Shown here: piece after piece, positions 59,622 to 64,000 of the stretch
Position numbering within the stretch: the first letter of the stretch is position 1
How the letters are laid out: each line of letters opens with the position of its first letter
Source: Candidatus Multivoradales bacterium
Lineage (GTDB): Bacteria; Acidobacteriota; Thermoanaerobaculia; Multivoradales; J023
NCBI GenBank assembly: GCA_965248925.1
Contig: CBDFLE010000005.1
Location: 576,001 to 640,000, forward strand
Reading direction: 5' to 3'
DNA length: 64,000 nt
Program-made: the position numbers and the translations under genes
Notes under the pieces: model-generated
Database searches by the model: none
What the model was told of the DNA's origin: nothing
What the model saw: the letters and a program-made list of their open reading frames with translations, nothing else

Positions 59622-60380
59622 CTAGTCGGAGGGCTCAAAGCTCTGACTCATCGCCAGCCTGAGCTGGTCGGCGAGTTCCTTGCGTTGGTCTGCAAGGATA
59701 GGTGTGCTGCCAAAACGCACCTGGATGTCGATCTGGGGCAGCTGCAAGAGGCGCAGGAAGTGCGGTGCGAAGTCGCTATCGCCCCACCAAGAGACCCACT
59801 CTTGGGCTGAGCGTTGCGGATCCCGCGTGGCGTAGCTCAAAGTCACATAATGCACCGGCACTGCCCGCTTGGCCGGGTAGTCGAGCAATGAGGGCTTGAA
59901 AGGCAAGAGAACATCGCCTCTGCCGGTCGTGCCTTCGGGAAAGAGCAGCACCCCCAGTCCGCGAGCGCGGCTGTGATCGATCAGCCGCAGCACTCGCAAT
60001 AGGTCTCGCTTGCGGCTGCGGTCGACAAAGATCGAATCGGCGGCCCGTAGGATCCCCCCAACTAGCGGCCAGCCCCGCAAGTCTAGCTTGGCGATATAGG
60101 CTACATCGACCAAGCTGCCGAGGACGATGATGTCGAGATAGGTTTGGTGGTTAGAGACCAGGAAGAAGTCTCCCCTCGGCGGCTCTCCCTGACAGTCGAC
60201 CCGCAGGCCGATCACCCGTCGCAGGGATCTTGACCAAGTTCTAAAGATCCAATTTCGCCACCGCAACTGAGCTTTGGGAAACCAGCCGCGGGTAGGCCAG
60301 CTGATCAGTAAACCGGCGTAGCTGAGCAGGGTTAGCAAGGCAATCACCTTGATTCGCCAGATGCGTCGCAGAGTGGACAT
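59622..60380 (-). CDS. Lysophospholipid acyltransferase (PlsC/OlsA-like)
   Basis: NHQTYLD (HX4D), FVDR and FPEGTT motifs. Confidence 0.92.
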   Translation of the reverse strand: MSTLRRIWRIKVIALLTLLSYAGLLISWPTRGWFPKAQLRWRNWIFRTWSRSLRRVIGLRVDCQGEPPRGDFFLVSNHQTYLDIIVLGSLVDVAYIAKLDLRGWPLVGGILRAADSIFVDRSRKRDLLRVLRLIDHSRARGLGVLLFPEGTTGRGDVLLPFKPSLLDYPAKRAVPVHYVTLSYATRDPQRSAQEWVSWWGDSDFAPHFLRLLQLPQIDIQVRFGSTPILADQRKELADQLRLAMSQSFEPSD

Positions 60381-60400
60381 TCAGTTCAGGGCCTCGGCGA

Positions 60401-63118
60401 CTAGCCTGTGTTCTTGAGGCCTTGCGCGATGCCATGCACCGTCGCCAGCAGGGCGGCCTGAAGTTCCGAGTCTTGACGGTTGCCAGCGCGCCACCGACGT
60501 AGTAGATCCACCTGCAAGAGGCTCATCGGATCAACGTAGGGATTGCGCAGCCGGATTGAGCGTTGCAGGGTCGGATCACGGTCGAGTAGCTGCTCTTGGC
60601 CGCGCAGCCGCAGCACCCATTCGACCGTCCGCTGGTACTCCCTTTCAATCCGCGGGAAGAACTCTCGACCGCGGTCGCCGGCAAGAGAGGCATAGCGGGC
60701 GGCGATCGCCAGATCCGCTTTTGCTAGCACCATCTCCAGATCTTCGAACAATGTACCCAGGAAGGGCCAGCCAGCGACCATTTCCGCCAGCGGTTCCTCG
60801 CCGTGTTGCTCGACTGCTCGCTCAAGAGCACTGCCGAGGCCATACCATCCGGGCAGCAAGTGGCGACTCTGAGTCCAGGAGAAGACCCAGGGAATAGCCC
60901 GCAAGCTGCCGATTCCCCCTCCCTTGCGGCGCGAGGATGGGCGTGAGCCGATGGTCATCTTTTCGATCACGTCGATCGGTGTCGCTCGGCGAAAATAGTC
61001 GACGAAGCCGTCTGCGTGGTAGACCAGCTGACGGTAATTGCGCCGGTTATCGCGGGCGATCTGATCGACTATCTGGCGCCAGGCAGCCGGTTGCTGCGGC
61101 TCCCGCTCTGCTGCCGGAGCAGGGCTTACAGAGACCTTGGCAATTGCTCCCAGAGCCTGCTCCAGGCTGCGCAGAGCGATCCCCCGAAGGCCGTATTTGG
61201 CATCGATAACCTCTCCCTGCTCGGTCAGTCGCAAATGGCCGGCGACCGCTCCCGGAGGCTCCGCCAACACCGCCCGGTGGGTTTTCGAGCCACCGCGGCT
61301 GATGGTGCCGCCACGGCCGTGGAAGACGGTCAGCTTGACCTGCGCCGCGGCGAGGGTTTCGACCAGGGCGGATTGGGCTTGTTGGAGCGCCCAGCGAGAG
61401 GCCGCGATGCCTCCCTCCTTGCTGCTGTCGGAGTAGCCGATCATCACCATCTGGCGGCGATCACGGCGATCGAGGTGGCTGCCGTAGGTCTCATCCGACG
61501 CCATCTTTCCCATCACCTGAGGTGCGGCCTGTAGATCCGGCACAGTCTCGAATAAGGGCGCCACGTCGAGGGGGACTTCACCAGCAGCATTGGCCAAGCC
61601 GCCCCAGCGGGCTAGCAAAAGGACACTCAACAGATCGTCTGCCCCTTGGGTCATGCTGGTGACAAATGGTCCCACGGCACGCTCGCCATAGCGTTGGCGG
61701 GCGGTGGCGATGGCAGCGAAGACCGCTAGGGTGGGCTGGTCAAGATCGCCGGGTGGGCAGGGAGGTGGGGCCGGCGGTGCAGTCAGCAGGCCGCTCAAGA
61801 GCTGCGTTCGTTCGGCGGCAGTCTGCTGCGGCCAGTTTTCTTCACCCAGCAGTCTGCCCACCACCGCCCGGTGCAGCAAAGCGTCTTGGCGCACATCGAG
61901 GGTCGCCAGGTGGAAGCCGAAGGTCTCGACCCGCCGCAGCAGGCGCAGGACGGCGAAGCGCCCCGCATTGTGCCCGCGGTGATGAGCCAAGCTGGCAGCG
62001 ATCAGCCGCAGGTCGTCGGCCAGCTCTTCCGGGGTCGCATAAGCGTTTTCTTGGTCTTGGTCGGTAGCCTGCAAGCGGGCGGCGATCAAGCGCAAGAGGA
62101 TGCGGTAAGGCATTGTTTGATGGCGTGGTTTGATCACTTCTGCGGGAAACAGCCGGCGATAGGTCTCGAGCTGAGCGCTGAGGGCATCATCGACGGCGAT
62201 TTCGCTGCTCGACTGACTGAGTTCGCCGGCCAAGGTGCGAATTTCACGGCGGTAGAGGGCCAGCACCAATTGCCGATGCCGGGCCAGGGTGGCGCCGATC
62301 GAAGCGGCGGTGACATTGGGATTGCCGTCCATGTCGCCACCCACCCAGGAGGCAAAGCGCAAAATGCCGTTGGGTACCTGCAAGCGCTGCCCCCAGACTC
62401 TCTCGATGGCGTTCTCGATCGCTTCGTAGAACGGTGGCACGGTGAGATAGAGAATGTCGGTCACATAAAACAGCACATGTTCCATTTCGTCGCCGACGGT
62501 GGGTCGCTGCGAGGGATTCTGGTCGGTCTGCCATGCGGCGGTGATGGCGGAGCGAATCCTTGCCATCGAGGCCTCAAGCTCGGGTGGGGTGAGGGTGCGG
62601 TCCAGTTGCTCGACCAAGCGGCGGGCGATCTGCTGATCTTTCTCCAACAAGCTGCGCCGAGTAGCCTGGGTGGGATGGGCGGTGAATACAGGCTCGAAAC
62701 TCAGCCGCTCGAGCAAGTGACCAACTTGCTCGACGGTGACACCGCTGGCGGCGAGTTCGGCGAAGGTGTGTTCGAGGCTGCCGGGCTGCGCTGTGGTGCC
62801 GCGCAAATACTCCCGTCGGCGGCGGATGCGGTGTACTTTCTCGGCCAGGTTGACGAGCCGAAAGTAGGCCGAGAAGCCGCGCACCAGACGCTCGGCCGCG
62901 GCCGGCGTCAATCCCTGCAGCAGCTCCCGCAGCTCGCTTTCGGCGTCTTTCTCTCCATCACGCCGCCTGATGGCGCATTGGCGAGCAGTCTCGACCCGAT
63001 TGAACAGCTCCTCACCGCCCTGTTCGAGCAGCATCTCACCGACCAGACTTCCAAGTCTGCGGACATCATCGCGTAGCGGTTGGTCTTTAGCGGCAAACTT
63101 TACGACTCGGCGACTCAC
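60401..63118 (-). CDS. ppc: Phosphoenolpyruvate carboxylase
   Basis: VFTAHPT, SWVGGDMDGNP, MIGYSDSSK, FHGRGGTISRGG, LRAIPWVF and terminal KNTG; probable GTG start at 63118. Confidence 0.97.
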   Translation of the reverse strand: MSRRVVKFAAKDQPLRDDVRRLGSLVGEMLLEQGGEELFNRVETARQCAIRRRDGEKDAESELRELLQGLTPAAAERLVRGFSAYFRLVNLAEKVHRIRRRREYLRGTTAQPGSLEHTFAELAASGVTVEQVGHLLERLSFEPVFTAHPTQATRRSLLEKDQQIARRLVEQLDRTLTPPELEASMARIRSAITAAWQTDQNPSQRPTVGDEMEHVLFYVTDILYLTVPPFYEAIENAIERVWGQRLQVPNGILRFASWVGGDMDGNPNVTAASIGATLARHRQLVLALYRREIRTLAGELSQSSSEIAVDDALSAQLETYRRLFPAEVIKPRHQTMPYRILLRLIAARLQATDQDQENAYATPEELADDLRLIAASLAHHRGHNAGRFAVLRLLRRVETFGFHLATLDVRQDALLHRAVVGRLLGEENWPQQTAAERTQLLSGLLTAPPAPPPCPPGDLDQPTLAVFAAIATARQRYGERAVGPFVTSMTQGADDLLSVLLLARWGGLANAAGEVPLDVAPLFETVPDLQAAPQVMGKMASDETYGSHLDRRDRRQMVMIGYSDSSKEGGIAASRWALQQAQSALVETLAAAQVKLTVFHGRGGTISRGGSKTHRAVLAEPPGAVAGHLRLTEQGEVIDAKYGLRGIALRSLEQALGAIAKVSVSPAPAAEREPQQPAAWRQIVDQIARDNRRNYRQLVYHADGFVDYFRRATPIDVIEKMTIGSRPSSRRKGGGIGSLRAIPWVFSWTQSRHLLPGWYGLGSALERAVEQHGEEPLAEMVAGWPFLGTLFEDLEMVLAKADLAIAARYASLAGDRGREFFPRIEREYQRTVEWVLRLRGQEQLLDRDPTLQRSIRLRNPYVDPMSLLQVDLLRRWRAGNRQDSELQAALLATVHGIAQGLKNTG

Positions 63119-63167
63119 TACATCTCCCATCCAGGGTCTCGGTCCGACGGCGTCTTGGTTGGGCTCA

Positions 63168-63938
63168 TTATGGGCCAGCCGTGGTCGCAGGCGCCAGCAC
63201 CAGGTAGTCGTTGCCATCGCCTCCAGTGGCGTCGGCGCCGGCCAAGTGGGCGACCTCTCGCATACCTGAGGCGGCCATCAGTCTGGCGGCTTCTGGCGGC
63301 TCGGTGAGATGGCAGTAGCGGGGACGACCTTGCTCGCCGCCCCAGCTCAGTAGATGGTCGCCAGGCTCGAGTTGGCTGCGGTCCAGCGGCTGACCCGCGA
63401 GGTGTCGCGGCCACGGCAAGATCTTGCGCCCCTGGCGTGGGTCAAGGTCAAAGCGCCACAGCGACGCGGTCAATCGCCCGCCGGGCTGGAGATACCGGCC
63501 CAGGCGCCGCAAGAGACGCGAGCGCTGCTCGAAGCCGGCAATGTGGTGGACCACGCCGAAGAGAGCGATCCAATCGAATTGGCGGCCGCTGAGCCGCTCA
63601 TCAAGGTGGTTGTCCAACAAATCGAGCTGTAGCAGGTGGCAACTAGCGAAGCGCTCGGCGAGCTTGTTGCGGGCGGCGGAGAGCAGCTGCTCTGAACTGT
63701 CGCAGGCGGTGTAGTCGATCACCTGGCCGCCGAGCCGATCGGCAAGGAATGCGCCAAAGCGGCCATTGCCGCAGCCGGCATCGAACACCCGCAGCGGACG
63801 GCCGAGATCGCCGCAAAGTCGCAGCAGCTCATGCCACCCCGGCCAGGGACTCTGCCGGGTGCGGTCGAAAGCGGCGGCGTGGTGGTGGTAGAAACCGCGG
63901 TTGAGGGCTTGCAGCTGAGCGGAAGTGCGATGGTCCAT
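63168..63938 (-). CDS. Class I SAM-dependent methyltransferase
   Basis: VFDAGCGNGRF, CDSS, GVVHHI and LQPGG motifs. Confidence 0.9.
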   Translation of the reverse strand: MDHRTSAQLQALNRGFYHHHAAAFDRTRQSPWPGWHELLRLCGDLGRPLRVFDAGCGNGRFGAFLADRLGGQVIDYTACDSSEQLLSAARNKLAERFASCHLLQLDLLDNHLDERLSGRQFDWIALFGVVHHIAGFEQRSRLLRRLGRYLQPGGRLTASLWRFDLDPRQGRKILPWPRHLAGQPLDRSQLEPGDHLLSWGGEQGRPRYCHLTEPPEAARLMAASGMREVAHLAGADATGGDGNDYLVLAPATTAGP

Positions 63939-64000
63939 CTTGGCTGGATGATACCGTTGGCTGCCAAGACCTGCCGGCCGCGGCAGTAGCCAAACTCGAC

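Overview
A GC-rich bacterial chromosomal window, probably Acidobacteriota/Thermoanaerobaculia. That assignment is my inference from the style of the TPR fragment, the XRE-HTH protein and the PilZ-AMIN protein; it was not verified. The left accessory block (1-18.9 kb) holds three things. The first is a giant exported MnxG-type multicopper oxidase that runs off the left edge and carries a single-base frameshift. Divergent from it is a six-gene, locally duplicated signalling cluster: two paralogous hybrid kinases, a His-less and ATPase-less pseudokinase, a stand-alone receiver and two head-to-head OmpR paralogues. After that comes a two-gene exported system: a catalytic-Cys-less transglutaminase-like protein with a hydrophobic tail, and a 1.35-kaa barrel/Cys-repeat/VWA/MopE surface protein. 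The core block (19-42.7 kb) holds a NIF3 protein, an HD-GYP regulator, the rimP-nusA-infB-DUF503-rbfA-nrnA-truB-rpsO-pnp operon, degQ with a sigma54 activator, a CBS/NhaD pair, two acyl-CoA dehydrogenases, purA and tRNA-Lys. Between the dehydrogenases and purA lies a tiny secreted 8-Cys peptide gene paired with a membrane CxxC redoxin. A decayed islet with an IS256 element follows tRNA-Lys. The right part holds an S9 peptidase, a DHH-like/dead-CPBP fusion, tRNA-Glu, an ECF sigma fragment, an M19 dipeptidase, DUF1223, PilZ-AMIN, a sigma54 activator, an XRE regulator, an acyltransferase, ppc and a methyltransferase. The best candidates for undescribed systems are the disulfide-rich peptide/redoxin pair, the pseudokinase-containing phosphorelay next to the Mn oxidase, and the transglutaminase-like/VWA surface pair. 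All family assignments come from motif recognition by eye; no searches were run.
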